In this document: piece by piece, positions 50,313 to 59,798 of the stretch
Numbering within the stretch: position 1 is the first letter of the stretch
Layout of the letters: each line of letters opens with the position of its first letter
NCBI GenBank assembly: GCA_016342415.1
Contig: JAEIOD010000010.1
Location: 87,351-151,350, forward strand
Origin: Clostridiales bacterium
Lineage (GTDB): Bacteria > Bacillota > Clostridia > Peptostreptococcales > Acidaminobacteraceae
Reading direction: 5' to 3'
Length of the DNA stretch: 64,000 nt
Notes under the pieces: model-generated
The model's input: only the letters and a program-made list of their open reading frames with translations
Told to the model about the DNA's origin: nothing
Database searches by the model: none
Translations under genes and position numbers: made by a program

Positions 50313-50975
50313 CTAAAACTCCTCCATCTCCTTAAAACTAAATTCTTCCTTCATTAACGATTTTGCTATATAATAAATATCTTGTTCTTTATCCTTACTG
50401 AATACAAATGCGACCTCACCCTTTTTAAATGACTCCTCTTCAAATAGCGTTTTAACATTAATCACTATTGAAGCACCTTTTTGTTTCAGTGATGCTTGAC
50501 CGAGTCTCCCATGTTCCAAATCACATAATAATGTGCATCTTCTGGTCAACACTTTATGATCAACGTCATCATGATTTTTTCTGTCAGGAAAAACCTTTCT
50601 CAGTGGAACCATTTCCGCTTTTGTGATGTATATACTCCCTATTACAGCAGGTAACAACATCAAGCCAGCAATGACACCGCCTGCTTCGATTGGTAGAAAA
50701 TACGTCAGCATCATAATGATCCAAAAATTCAGTACAAACAAACTGAACACCAGTGCAGCAGGTACCTTGCCAATGTTAATAAAAACGGCAATTGCACTTA
50801 TTGGTCCAACACTTTCAGCACCTTCAAGATCTACATCGATATCGAAAAAATCAAAGTCAAAAAGACCTGTAATCGCAATCAACCAATAGCACTGCATTAA
50901 AATAAGTATTACCGTCGGAATAACATTTACTCCTTTGAATGCAAATCTTAGTAATTCCGTTAGAATCCCCTCCAT
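50313..50975 (-). CDS. NfeD-like (YuaF/YqiJ-type) membrane protein with C-terminal OB-fold
   Basis: Multi-TM N-terminal part, C-terminal soluble OB-like segment (GRLGQASLKQKGASIVINV...GEVAFVF). Directly abuts the flotillin start, the canonical nfeD-flotillin pairing. Confidence 0.7.
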   Translation of the reverse strand: MEGILTELLRFAFKGVNVIPTVILILMQCYWLIAITGLFDFDFFDIDVDLEGAESVGPISAIAVFINIGKVPAALVFSLFVLNFWIIMMLTYFLPIEAGGVIAGLMLLPAVIGSIYITKAEMVPLRKVFPDRKNHDDVDHKVLTRRCTLLCDLEHGRLGQASLKQKGASIVINVKTLFEEESFKKGEVAFVFSKDKEQDIYYIAKSLMKEEFSFKEMEEF

Positions 50976-51335
50976 CTCTTATAATAGTTAACTTAATTAA
51001 ATTTGACACTATGCTTATAACTATTAATAACTCAACTGCATTTGAAACATAAGCTTAGTAAAATTCAAATAAACATCTCCCAGTATTTACTATTATAGCA
51101 AAAAAGACCTACGGAAGAACATAATAAAAGAAGAATTAATCTATATTAAATATGAGTTAATATTTGTGTTCTCTCATAATACAATGAGAGCTTTTTATGT
51201 ATAGAAATTAAGGAAAAGTTAATATTTCAATAGAAGAAGCGTATGTCATATAATCAAAAAAATATCCCGCTTTTGAAAAGGGGATATTGATTCTTCACTT
51301 TATCATATTTTTTATGACCAATAAAAGATTTTAAT

Positions 51336-51824
51336 CTAAACTAGAAAGTTCTGAAGATCTTTTATAAACTGTAATGCCTCATCTTCGATTAAATCTGTCA
51401 AAGAAGTTAACTCATCGAAGTTCGGATTTTCAGCTAATATGTGTTCAATAATGGAATCTACGCCATTTAGAGTTGAATTGATTTCATATTTATCAAAGTC
51501 ACCATTTCTAAACAGGTGCCAATATTTCTTTTGAACCTGTTTATTATTTCCTGCTAACCAGACTTCAAATCTGATTGTCTCATGAACAAAAACAATCGCT
51601 ATTTTCAGTTTTCTTTTTTTTAGAAAATCCGGAGTAAACGAAAAATACGACATGTCCATATACCCAGAATAAACACTTCCAGATACAAAGTAATCTGGAT
51701 ACTTGCTTTTGAAATGACTTCTCAAACTCATTATATATTCCATTAAACCTATATAGGCTTTTTTTATATCGCCCTTTTCCAATTGATTTTTATATTCCAA
51801 AACGTACTCATTTAGTGAGTCCAT
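51336..51824 (-). CDS. hypothetical cytoplasmic protein (162 aa)
   Basis: ORF only. Confidence 0.45.
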   Translation of the reverse strand: MDSLNEYVLEYKNQLEKGDIKKAYIGLMEYIMSLRSHFKSKYPDYFVSGSVYSGYMDMSYFSFTPDFLKKRKLKIAIVFVHETIRFEVWLAGNNKQVQKKYWHLFRNGDFDKYEINSTLNGVDSIIEHILAENPNFDELTSLTDLIEDEALQFIKDLQNFLV

Positions 51825-51887
51825 AACTTAATGCTCCTCCACTAATTTGGTCAAATCCAATTTCCTCTGTGATAATGCGTTAAGACG

Positions 51888-53243
51888 TTATTCAGGCTTC
51901 TGATCTTTTCTTCTTCTCTTCACCACAATAAATAAGATTACAATGACAACAAGAACAACCACTGCTATAAGTATTACGACTATATAACCAGATGAAGAGT
52001 TATCTTCTGATGTTTCGGATTGACTTGCATTTGATTTTTCACTCAAGTCCGTTGTTGCAGTCACATCTGTTGATTCTTCATCTTCAGCAGTTGTGTTTTC
52101 TGCTTGAAATTCACCATACGCCATTATTAAAATATGTCCGTCCTGCCTTGAATCCGGTAAAAGCACAAACGGGTTGTTGTCTTCATCCATGCCTGCAAAC
52201 ACAATGTTGGAACTTTCTTTTGTAAAACCTCTTTGACCCATTTCAATCCATGTTTCACCATTGTATCTCATTGAAGTGATTCTGTTTTCATAGTCACTGT
52301 CATTAAAAAATACAACCGGCCATCCATCTGAATCCATTACCACCGAAAAGGTTTTGATCATCATCGGTGAAAACGGATGTGGCTCCATATACTCCCATGT
52401 TTCATTGTTATAGATCATACCGACGGTCTTCCATTCCAGACCTGTATCCATATAGATTAAAATAGGTCTGTCTCCATTACCCATTTCCAGTCTTACCCAT
52501 AACGGGTATTCTGATTCAAAACCACTGTCGTCGGTCATTTCCCAACCACTATTTGAAGAGTATCTCCATACTTCAAGATTACTTCTTTCAACTATCACTG
52601 CAGCATAGACATATTGGTTGTTGCGATCAACCAACAAACTGATATAATTGGCTGTAACTTCTGTAAATCCCCGTTCGCCTAATGCTATCCACTGACCATC
52701 CGTATAAACCTTGGATGTTATTTTGCCATCTTCTTCAATGTCAACATAGGCAATCACTAAAGAGCCATCACTCATCACTTGAAAATCATAATAGATGTAC
52801 TGAGGATCAATTCGAAGCAATCTTCCAGCAGTCGTCAGTGCCTGCCATTTTTCATCTAGATATTCATAGATATGAATGACACCATCAATCGTAATAAAGC
52901 CTACATACAGCCGCTCTGATGAATCATCGTATCTTACAATGAATTGACCACCGCTTTTATCAGAAATAAAGCCTGATCCCAACTCCGTCCACGACGTACC
53001 ATCATACATTTTTGCTTTAGGAAATGGTAATATTTCACCCGTCGGATCATCAATCGAATAAACAACATAAATATTGCCGTCATTGTCAATAGAGAAAGAG
53101 TGTACTTTAGTTGTTTCATCTGAAAACCCTAAAACATCTCTTTCTTGCCAATCATCAGTTGCTGCTTTTGTCATTGAAAAGCTCAAAAGGTAGATAATAC
53201 TTATACAAAATATTATAATCGCCCTGAGTCCTATTTGCTTCAT
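51888..53243 (-). CDS. type-I membrane/surface protein with six Trp-containing ~60-aa repeats (beta-propeller-like), acidic S/T linker and C-terminal TM anchor
   Basis: Signal peptide MKQIGLRAIIIFCISIIYLLSFSMTKA. Repeats GTSWTELGSGF / DEKWQALTTAG / DGQWIALGERGFT / NSGWEMTDDSGF / GETWIEMGQRGFT. C-terminal TM VVILIAVVVLVVIVILFIVV followed by KRRRKDQKPE. Confidence 0.6.
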   Translation of the reverse strand: MKQIGLRAIIIFCISIIYLLSFSMTKAATDDWQERDVLGFSDETTKVHSFSIDNDGNIYVVYSIDDPTGEILPFPKAKMYDGTSWTELGSGFISDKSGGQFIVRYDDSSERLYVGFITIDGVIHIYEYLDEKWQALTTAGRLLRIDPQYIYYDFQVMSDGSLVIAYVDIEEDGKITSKVYTDGQWIALGERGFTEVTANYISLLVDRNNQYVYAAVIVERSNLEVWRYSSNSGWEMTDDSGFESEYPLWVRLEMGNGDRPILIYMDTGLEWKTVGMIYNNETWEYMEPHPFSPMMIKTFSVVMDSDGWPVVFFNDSDYENRITSMRYNGETWIEMGQRGFTKESSNIVFAGMDEDNNPFVLLPDSRQDGHILIMAYGEFQAENTTAEDEESTDVTATTDLSEKSNASQSETSEDNSSSGYIVVILIAVVVLVVIVILFIVVKRRRKDQKPE

Positions 53244-53559
53244 CCCAACCTCCTTCTTTCAATTTGTTATGAATTAAGGTCAAAAACATTCCATTTTCTA
53301 TATACCCTGCATATCAAAAAATCAGCAAAAAACATTAAATTTACTTCACCACACTCAAGTTATAACATAACTCTCTTAATTACAGTCGTTAGAAAAAGCT
53401 CCACCCACACCCCCGCGATCACTCTCTTAGAGGTTCAGTTCATACGCACCAAAACTACCGATTAGGCTGGTATATGGTCAAATATGACACCTAAATTATC
53501 TCAGCATGCATTTTTTATTATGTCCATTTAAAATGTGCTTTTTTTCATTTTATTAAGTG

Positions 53560-53568
53560 TGATATAAT
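53560..53568 (+). promoter_or_regulatory. extended -10 promoter element TGATATAAT upstream of the GGDEF gene
   Basis: Perfect TGnTATAAT match, 27 nt upstream of the start codon with SD AAAGGGGTG. Confidence 0.45.
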
Positions 53569-53594
53569 AATAGAATGTAGAGGATTAGAAAGGG

Positions 53595-54680
53595 GTGAAA
53601 AACATTAACCTTCTGAATACAATTGGATACTCTAAAAAACTCAATTACAAAGACAAACTTCTTTATCTAATGGTACTAAGCACTATACTTGTTGCAGGTT
53701 TTTACTTAACCATTTATTTTTTATTTATTCCATTTCAACATGCCATTATTACACATCTTATATATATTTCAGTGAGTATCTCTTTATTTTATTTTCTGAA
53801 AATAAAAAAATATACATTTGTTAAATTTTCTATGATAATTTTTCATATGATTCAATTAACACTGGCAGTATTTGTTTGGTTCCCAATAACAACCGGCTAT
53901 AATCTATATTATTTTTTAGTCCCTATGGCCTCGTTTCTAATGATGCAATATGACAACGTCAAAGAAAGAGTTTTCTTAACGATACTGTCGATACTATCAG
54001 CCTGTCTTTATCTTTTAAGCGCCATTTTGCCATTAAATAACTACATGTTTCAAACAAGTGATGTCATGAATAGATTTCTGAGCGGAATGAGTATCATATC
54101 AATCATGTTTCCCATGATTGTAATATTGACTAAGTTTACTAAGGAGTTGTATTTAAGCCATGCTACTCTAAGAAAAATAGCAAATACAGATGCTTTAACA
54201 CAGATAATAAATCGAAAAGCATTATATGAACAAGGCATTCATGAATTTGAGCAGGCTGACAATTACCCAAAAGACTTTACACTTCTTCTTTTTGACATTG
54301 ATCATTTTAAAAATATCAACGATCAATTTGGACATCCTGTTGGAGATAAATTGTTGCAAGAGCTCACATCATTAGTCCAAAAACATATTAGAGCGGAAGA
54401 TATTTTTGCAAGATACGGTGGTGAGGAATTTGCAATCTTACTTCGCAATACCAACTACAGTACAGGTCTTGAAATTGCAGAAAAACTGTTGTTGATCATC
54501 AGTCAGGCCTCTTTTTCGATTGATCAAATATCAATTCGTATATCAGTAAGTATTGGTGTCGCACAATACTCAAAGGCACTTAAGGACTTTGATCATATGA
54601 TCGAGGTAGTAGATCAAGCGTTATACGAAGCAAAAAACAGCGGGAGAAACCAGGTAGTCTCAGCCAAACACATTACTTAA
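53595..54680 (+). CDS. membrane-anchored diguanylate cyclase (about 6 TM then GGDEF)
   Basis: Hydrophobic N-terminal half, then GGDEF with RYGGEEF. Confidence 0.8.
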   Translation: MKNINLLNTIGYSKKLNYKDKLLYLMVLSTILVAGFYLTIYFLFIPFQHAIITHLIYISVSISLFYFLKIKKYTFVKFSMIIFHMIQLTLAVFVWFPITTGYNLYYFLVPMASFLMMQYDNVKERVFLTILSILSACLYLLSAILPLNNYMFQTSDVMNRFLSGMSIISIMFPMIVILTKFTKELYLSHATLRKIANTDALTQIINRKALYEQGIHEFEQADNYPKDFTLLLFDIDHFKNINDQFGHPVGDKLLQELTSLVQKHIRAEDIFARYGGEEFAILLRNTNYSTGLEIAEKLLLIISQASFSIDQISIRISVSIGVAQYSKALKDFDHMIEVVDQALYEAKNSGRNQVVSAKHIT

Positions 54681-54719
54681 TCATTAATGAGTTAAAATCT
54701 CATTGATGATTTTTTTATA
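54681..54719 (+). terminator. Rho-independent terminator
   Basis: TCATTAATGAG / CTCATTGATGA stem, then T7. Confidence 0.75.
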
Positions 54720-54991
54720 ATGAATGACAAACTATGATATTTTTAACCACAAGTATTTCTACATGTTCCTACATACACATGGGTCAAAAAAGTAGAGTGT
54801 TTCCCTTTTATTTATTGTACAATGATATTACTTCAAGAAGATTATTTAAGGTCAGTTTTTAATCACTATGAATTCATTCAATGAGACACGGTGATTTAGA
54901 ATCACCATCAAAAGACCTAAATTTAATAAGTATTCATATATAAACTATAATAAAGAATTTTATATTTGACTAGATACGGAGAGTAACCACT

Positions 54992-56170
54992 ATGAGAAAC
55001 CCACATTTTAAGGATGTAAAAAAAATAATCAACAAAGGTAAAAGTCCAGACAGTTGGTATACTGGACTATACGGTTTATCTCCATATATAGCTTGTGAAC
55101 ACGGCTGTTTATACTGCGATGGACGTGCTGAAAGATATCGTATAGAAGGTGATTTTGAAAAGGATATCGTCGTTAAAGGCAACACGATCGATCTGTTAAA
55201 AAAGGTATTACCTAAACTAAGAGAATATGGCACGATTGCTCTTTCTTCAGGCATTAGCGATTCATATCAGCCTTTGGAGAAAGATCTTGAAATTACTAGA
55301 GAAGCTCTAAAACTCATTAGAGATATTAAGTATCCAGTAACCCTACTTACAAAATCAACGCTTATCAAAAGAGATATTGATATATTTAAGGAAATGAAAG
55401 AATATGCCAATATCCATGTTCACTTCACTTTAACCACTCTCGATGAAAATATCAGCTCAATTTTTGAACCCAATGCTCCTAGTGTTTCAGAAAGGCTTGA
55501 GGCTATAAAGCTACTAAAATCAAATGAAATCGGCGTTGGCATATCAGCTATGCCTTATCTGCCATATATAACTGAAACAAAGGATAATATCGTCGACTTA
55601 CTAGATAAATTAAAAGAAATAGATGTTGATTTTTTAGTCCCAATGGTACTGGCACTGCGTCCAGGTCGACTCAAAGAACTATATTTCAAAGTCATCGCAA
55701 AAAATTATCCGCATCTACTAAAAAAATATGAGGATCTATACTCAAACAATACGGAGTACGGTGGACCAAGATATAACAATTACAATCTTTATAAGAATAT
55801 AAGAGAATACATGGACACAATTGGTCTAGCACAAAGACTGCCTTTAAAATATTATAGAACACAACTTAATAATTATCACACAATAGAACTCCTATTAGAT
55901 CATATGATGACACTTTATAGAAATAAGAATATTGATATTTCAAGATTAAAAGAAGCCAATCAAAATTACATGTCATGGCTTAACAATGAAAGAAGTTATA
56001 TAGCCAGAAGAAGAAATATGAATTTTGATGAACTAGATAGTAAACTAGATTCAATGCTGAGAAATGATGAATTCGGTGAAATAATCAAAAATAAAAAACT
56101 CTCCCATTTCATGAGAGAGATTATAATTGATGGTGCAGATTATGATTATTGTACTCTTAAACTAAAATAA
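54992..56170 (+). CDS. radical SAM protein, SPL/DNA-photolyase-related (SplB-like) family
   Basis: CEHGCLYCDG (Cx3Cx2C) about 40 aa from the N-terminus, preceded by LSPYIAC. SD GGAGAG. Confidence 0.65.
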   Translation: MRNPHFKDVKKIINKGKSPDSWYTGLYGLSPYIACEHGCLYCDGRAERYRIEGDFEKDIVVKGNTIDLLKKVLPKLREYGTIALSSGISDSYQPLEKDLEITREALKLIRDIKYPVTLLTKSTLIKRDIDIFKEMKEYANIHVHFTLTTLDENISSIFEPNAPSVSERLEAIKLLKSNEIGVGISAMPYLPYITETKDNIVDLLDKLKEIDVDFLVPMVLALRPGRLKELYFKVIAKNYPHLLKKYEDLYSNNTEYGGPRYNNYNLYKNIREYMDTIGLAQRLPLKYYRTQLNNYHTIELLLDHMMTLYRNKNIDISRLKEANQNYMSWLNNERSYIARRRNMNFDELDSKLDSMLRNDEFGEIIKNKKLSHFMREIIIDGADYDYCTLKLK

Positions 56171-56221
56171 CAAGTAACAACCATCATAGATTGACTCTAA
56201 CGATCTGCAGTCTCATTTATC

Positions 56222-56270
56222 AAACCTAGTCATATTTTCAAGAACTGATTATGACTAGGTTTCATTTTTT
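56222..56270 (+). terminator. hairpin terminator after radical SAM gene
   Basis: AAACCTAGTCAT ... ATGACTAGGTTT with a 17-nt loop, then CATTTTTT. Confidence 0.55.
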
Positions 56271-56397
56271 ATACATACTATTTAATCAAGGCAGATCTAT
56301 ATATGAAGTCAATGATAATTCGATATTGTGTCTAGGTTTAATTACTTGTTCCACCGATTTTTATTATTATTTCCATAATCTTTTACAGGCAATTACA

Positions 56398-56799
56398 TCA
56401 TCGACTATCATGTTTTCTTAAATTGTGATTCACTTCTAAAAAGCCGATTATATATACAATAGCTATAATTAACCATAATGTTATGTAGCCTCTCTGGGGA
56501 ATATCAAAAGGATCAATAATTAACCAAATCAATAAAGAAGTTGCTCCACAGAAGTTTATTATTATAGCGCCAGCTAATCCAAGACCTCGGATATTTCTTG
56601 ATTTACCTTGTGCTTCAATAAGCAAGGCTATACCAATTCCTAGAATAACCGCTCCAAGAATTGTTGGATAGAAATATGTGTTTGACGATGGTAACCCTAG
56701 TGTTTTATCAATTCCAAAAGGAAATAGTAACAGCAAAATTCCAATAATTACATTCACTATCCCATCAATAAGCAATAAAATATGATGGTTATTTTTCAT
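56398..56799 (-). CDS. small 4-TM membrane protein (133 aa)
   Basis: Four hydrophobic helices. No family assigned. Confidence 0.5.
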   Translation of the reverse strand: MKNNHHILLLIDGIVNVIIGILLLLFPFGIDKTLGLPSSNTYFYPTILGAVILGIGIALLIEAQGKSRNIRGLGLAGAIIINFCGATSLLIWLIIDPFDIPQRGYITLWLIIAIVYIIGFLEVNHNLRKHDSR

Positions 56800-57075
56800 A
56801 ATTTTTCTCCCCCTATCAACGTCTATTCACAGTTATTCAAACTAGGCAATTTCCCCTAACTTAAATATTCCTGACATTAAATACTACTGATTACAGTTTA
56901 TCATAACAAATTACCATATAAGTACATAAAATTGAAAAGAGTCATTTTTAAAATTGACTTCCCTATACATCAGAAGTTCGATGGCTCTAAATAACATCAT
57001 ATTTCAGCTTATTATTACATATAAAAAAGAGCTACATCATAATACAATGAAATACCTCTTAATGATTATTTTAAT

Positions 57076-57275
57076 GTGAGTAGTGAGCAACACCCCCATG
57101 TGTGGACCCTCCACTAACTACCCTCAGTAATAAGAAAAAGGTGTTTTAACAGCAAAACACCTTCAATTAACACTAATTTATTATGAGTGACGAGTAACAC
57201 TCGACATGTTCAGAATAGGACAACACTGTAAATTTCATGGACCAGATCAAAGAACTCAAGTGATGAGTAAATTGA
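57076..57275. repeat. three copies of an ~18-nt motif (GTGAGTAGTGAGCAACAC / ATGAGTGACGAGTAACAC / AAGTGATGAGTAAATTG) flanking a hairpin
   Basis: Copies at 57076-57094, 57183-57200 and 57258-57275. Hairpin AAGGTGTTTT..AAAACACCTT at 57138-57165 with a T-run on the minus strand. Confidence 0.4.
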
Positions 57276-57735
57276 TAAATATGGTATAAAGGAGTATTAT
57301 AGAATTAGATACAGAATAAAACTATATAGTAGGAAAGGAAGATGTTTTATGAAGGCAAAGGGTTTGGCTAAAATGTTAGGAATCATCAACCGATATAGTT
57401 ATGAAGGTGCATTGTATAATCACGACCACATGAAAAATCGAAAAAAGGACTTTTTGGAGGAAACAAAACTTCCTACAAGAGAAGGTCATTTGGAATGAGC
57501 TATTAGATCGTATAGGAGTGGGTTACTCTAAAACTGATGGCATTCATACTTAAAATCATACTCAATATTACAAAGTTCATATATTTATAAAAATAACACA
57601 TTTCATAAAGAAATGTGTTATTTTGATTCATGGTAGTATATCAAAACGACTTAATCACTTTGATTTAAAAGATTGACATCATTTTACACTAGTATTCATT
57701 TCTGTTTAGAATATAAGTCTAGAGAACTTTCATAT

Positions 57736-58206
57736 CTAAGCGGCGTGTTTCAAATCATTTAATTGGTCTTCCTGATGATCAATTTTAAGATTGTAAAGGA
57801 AACCAGCGATGACCAAACACCCTCCCAATATTTTTCCAGTAGATATTGTTTGAGTGACAAAATAATCAATTAACACACCTGTTGCCAGTTGACCTAGAAA
57901 TATAAGCAAGGTTAAATAGAATGCTGAAACTTTATGTGTCAAATAACTAGATAAAACAACTATCCCGATACCAAGTATACCCCCTAAATATGCCCAAAGA
58001 GGGATGCCCATAAATTGTTCATGTGAAAATATTAAATATTCTCTCATCACAAGTGTCAAGAGGATTGAAATGATTAATCCGGCTATATAATTGATTAATG
58101 CACCTTGAAACAGTCCCATTTTTTCTGCCATTTTTGAGTTGAATATTCTGCCAAAGACAACGAAAACACCTGCCAAAACTGATACTATTATTGCTATGAT
58201 AACCAT
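57736..58206 (-). CDS. small DMT-superfamily half-transporter (DUF606/YdcZ-like), second of a tandem pair
   Basis: 156 aa, 4-5 TM. Paired with the adjacent 140-aa paralog-like gene. Confidence 0.5.
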   Translation of the reverse strand: MVIIAIIVSVLAGVFVVFGRIFNSKMAEKMGLFQGALINYIAGLIISILLTLVMREYLIFSHEQFMGIPLWAYLGGILGIGIVVLSSYLTHKVSAFYLTLLIFLGQLATGVLIDYFVTQTISTGKILGGCLVIAGFLYNLKIDHQEDQLNDLKHAA

Positions 58207-58217
58207 ATTTGATCTCC

Positions 58218-58640
58218 TTAATATATTGTCATTATTACAATGCCAATAATTATAATTGTTAACCCTACCAATTTTCTTTTGTTAAATTTTACAACGGTTA
58301 AATTAAACAAACCATAATGATCTACAACAATGGATGTAACAGATTGACCGAGTAGTCCTAGTGCCAATGTGATAGATACCCCTAATACTGTAAAGCTTAT
58401 GTTGTTAAATAAGATCGGGAGCACCCCAATAACACCTGCACTATAGGCATACAAGGGTACAGATTTGTGTATCTTGATCTTTGATTTTCTTACAAGTAAT
58501 ACGACCATAATGCCAATTAAACCTATAAAATGCACAATAACTGTTGACTGATAATTGCCTAGTACGTTTGCTAGTGTTCCATTAAACAAAATCATTATAG
58601 CGATTAATCCACCTACAAATGTTGATGATAATTTATTCAT
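58218..58640 (-). CDS. small DMT-superfamily half-transporter (DUF606/YdcZ-like), first of a tandem pair
   Basis: 140 aa, 4 TM. Confidence 0.5.
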   Translation of the reverse strand: MNKLSSTFVGGLIAIMILFNGTLANVLGNYQSTVIVHFIGLIGIMVVLLVRKSKIKIHKSVPLYAYSAGVIGVLPILFNNISFTVLGVSITLALGLLGQSVTSIVVDHYGLFNLTVVKFNKRKLVGLTIIIIGIVIMTIY

Positions 58641-58780
58641 GTCTACATCTCCTTAATATCTTTATCTTTAATCTAACACAGTTTATTTGATACACGTTAT
58701 GACATATGTCATAATAAAACAAATAACTTCAAATAAATTATTCAGTCAAGTAAACCACATAAAACGTAAAGAGGTCCCTA

Positions 58781-59475
58781 TGAAATTAATCAATAACGAT
58801 ACAAAACTGCAGTCCTACATTCAACATTATAAGATCAACGATAATTTTAGTACTGATGTATCAATGCATATGAAATTGTTTCATTTTGTACAAGGTGAGT
58901 ATATTTACCAAGAGGGAGATGAACTAAACTACTTTTACTTTTTTGTAGAAGGTAAAGCAAAAGTTTTTAGCTCATTGGCTAATGGTAAATCCCTTCTTCT
59001 GAGTTTTTATGAACCTTTAAAAATATTAGGTGATGCGGAAATTATAAACGATGATTTGGTTACTGTTAACGTTAAGGTTATTTCAGATGCTTATTGTATT
59101 GGCATTCCGACTAATTATATTAAAAAGCACTTGCTTACCGATACAATATTTTTACAGTTTCTGTGTTCTGATTTAGGTAAAAAATTAAATAGATGTTCCA
59201 AGAACAGTTCAATTAATCTGCTTTACCCTCTAGAAAACAGATTAGCCAGTTATATTCTTGCTATTGAAACAAAGGAATTTACAACAAGTAATACCCTGAC
59301 ATTTTACGACTCTTTGACCGAAATCTCTGAACTTTTAGGAACAAGCTATAGGCATTTATTAAGAACCATAAATGCTTTTGTAGAAAAAGAGATTCTAAAA
59401 AAAGGCATTAAAGGTTATGAAGTTATCAATAGAATACCATTACAAGAAATGGCAAGTGATTTATATTCACACTAA
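58781..59475 (+). CDS. Crp/Fnr-family transcriptional regulator
   Basis: cNMP-binding-type beta-roll (FHFVQGEYIYQEGDELNYFYFFVEGKAKV) and C-terminal HTH (ISELLGTSYRHLLRTINAF). Likely start MKLINND with SD AAGAGG. Track ORF starts at 58687. Confidence 0.75.
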
Positions 59476-59606
59476 AAAAAGATTGTTTTACAACACTCTT
59501 AAGCTATATACAATAGATCTCAAAATCCTTACTGACAGCTGTATTTTGATTAACAAGTTAGGGTAATGATTTAACATCAATCAATCGTATTGTATAATCT
59601 GAAAAC

Positions 59607-59650
59607 AAAATAAGTTCTGAGAATTTTTCTCAGAACTTATTTTGCTGTTT
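59607..59650. terminator. bidirectional hairpin terminator
   Basis: AAATAAGTTCTGAG, loop AATTTTT, CTCAGAACTTATTT. Confidence 0.6.
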
Positions 59651-59798
59651 TGTATCTATAAGTTTTATCAAAGTCTTCACATGTCAGGTAAATAAACTTT
59701 TACTTGTATGAAAATTCTTTGATTCTTTATAATACCTTGCTCCAATCCAATCCATTATCTTCAAGATAATTTGATTCAACTGTGAGTTTATTTAACAA

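Noticed and set aside
53380-53470. C-rich GC-elevated stretch (CCACCCACACCCCCGCG) upstream of the surface-protein gene, considered as an sRNA
   Set aside because: No convincing stem-loops or terminator. Overlaps the likely 5' UTR/promoter region of 51888..53243. Only a spurious 76-aa ORF.
57340-57560. 49-aa ORF MKAKGLAKMLGIINRYSYEGALYNHDHMKNRKKDFLEETKLPTREGHLE with good SD, followed by an out-of-frame segment NELLDRIGVGYSKTDGIHT
   Set aside because: Looks like a frameshifted fragment of something larger (possibly a mobile-element gene), but too short for any family call. Not reported as a gene.
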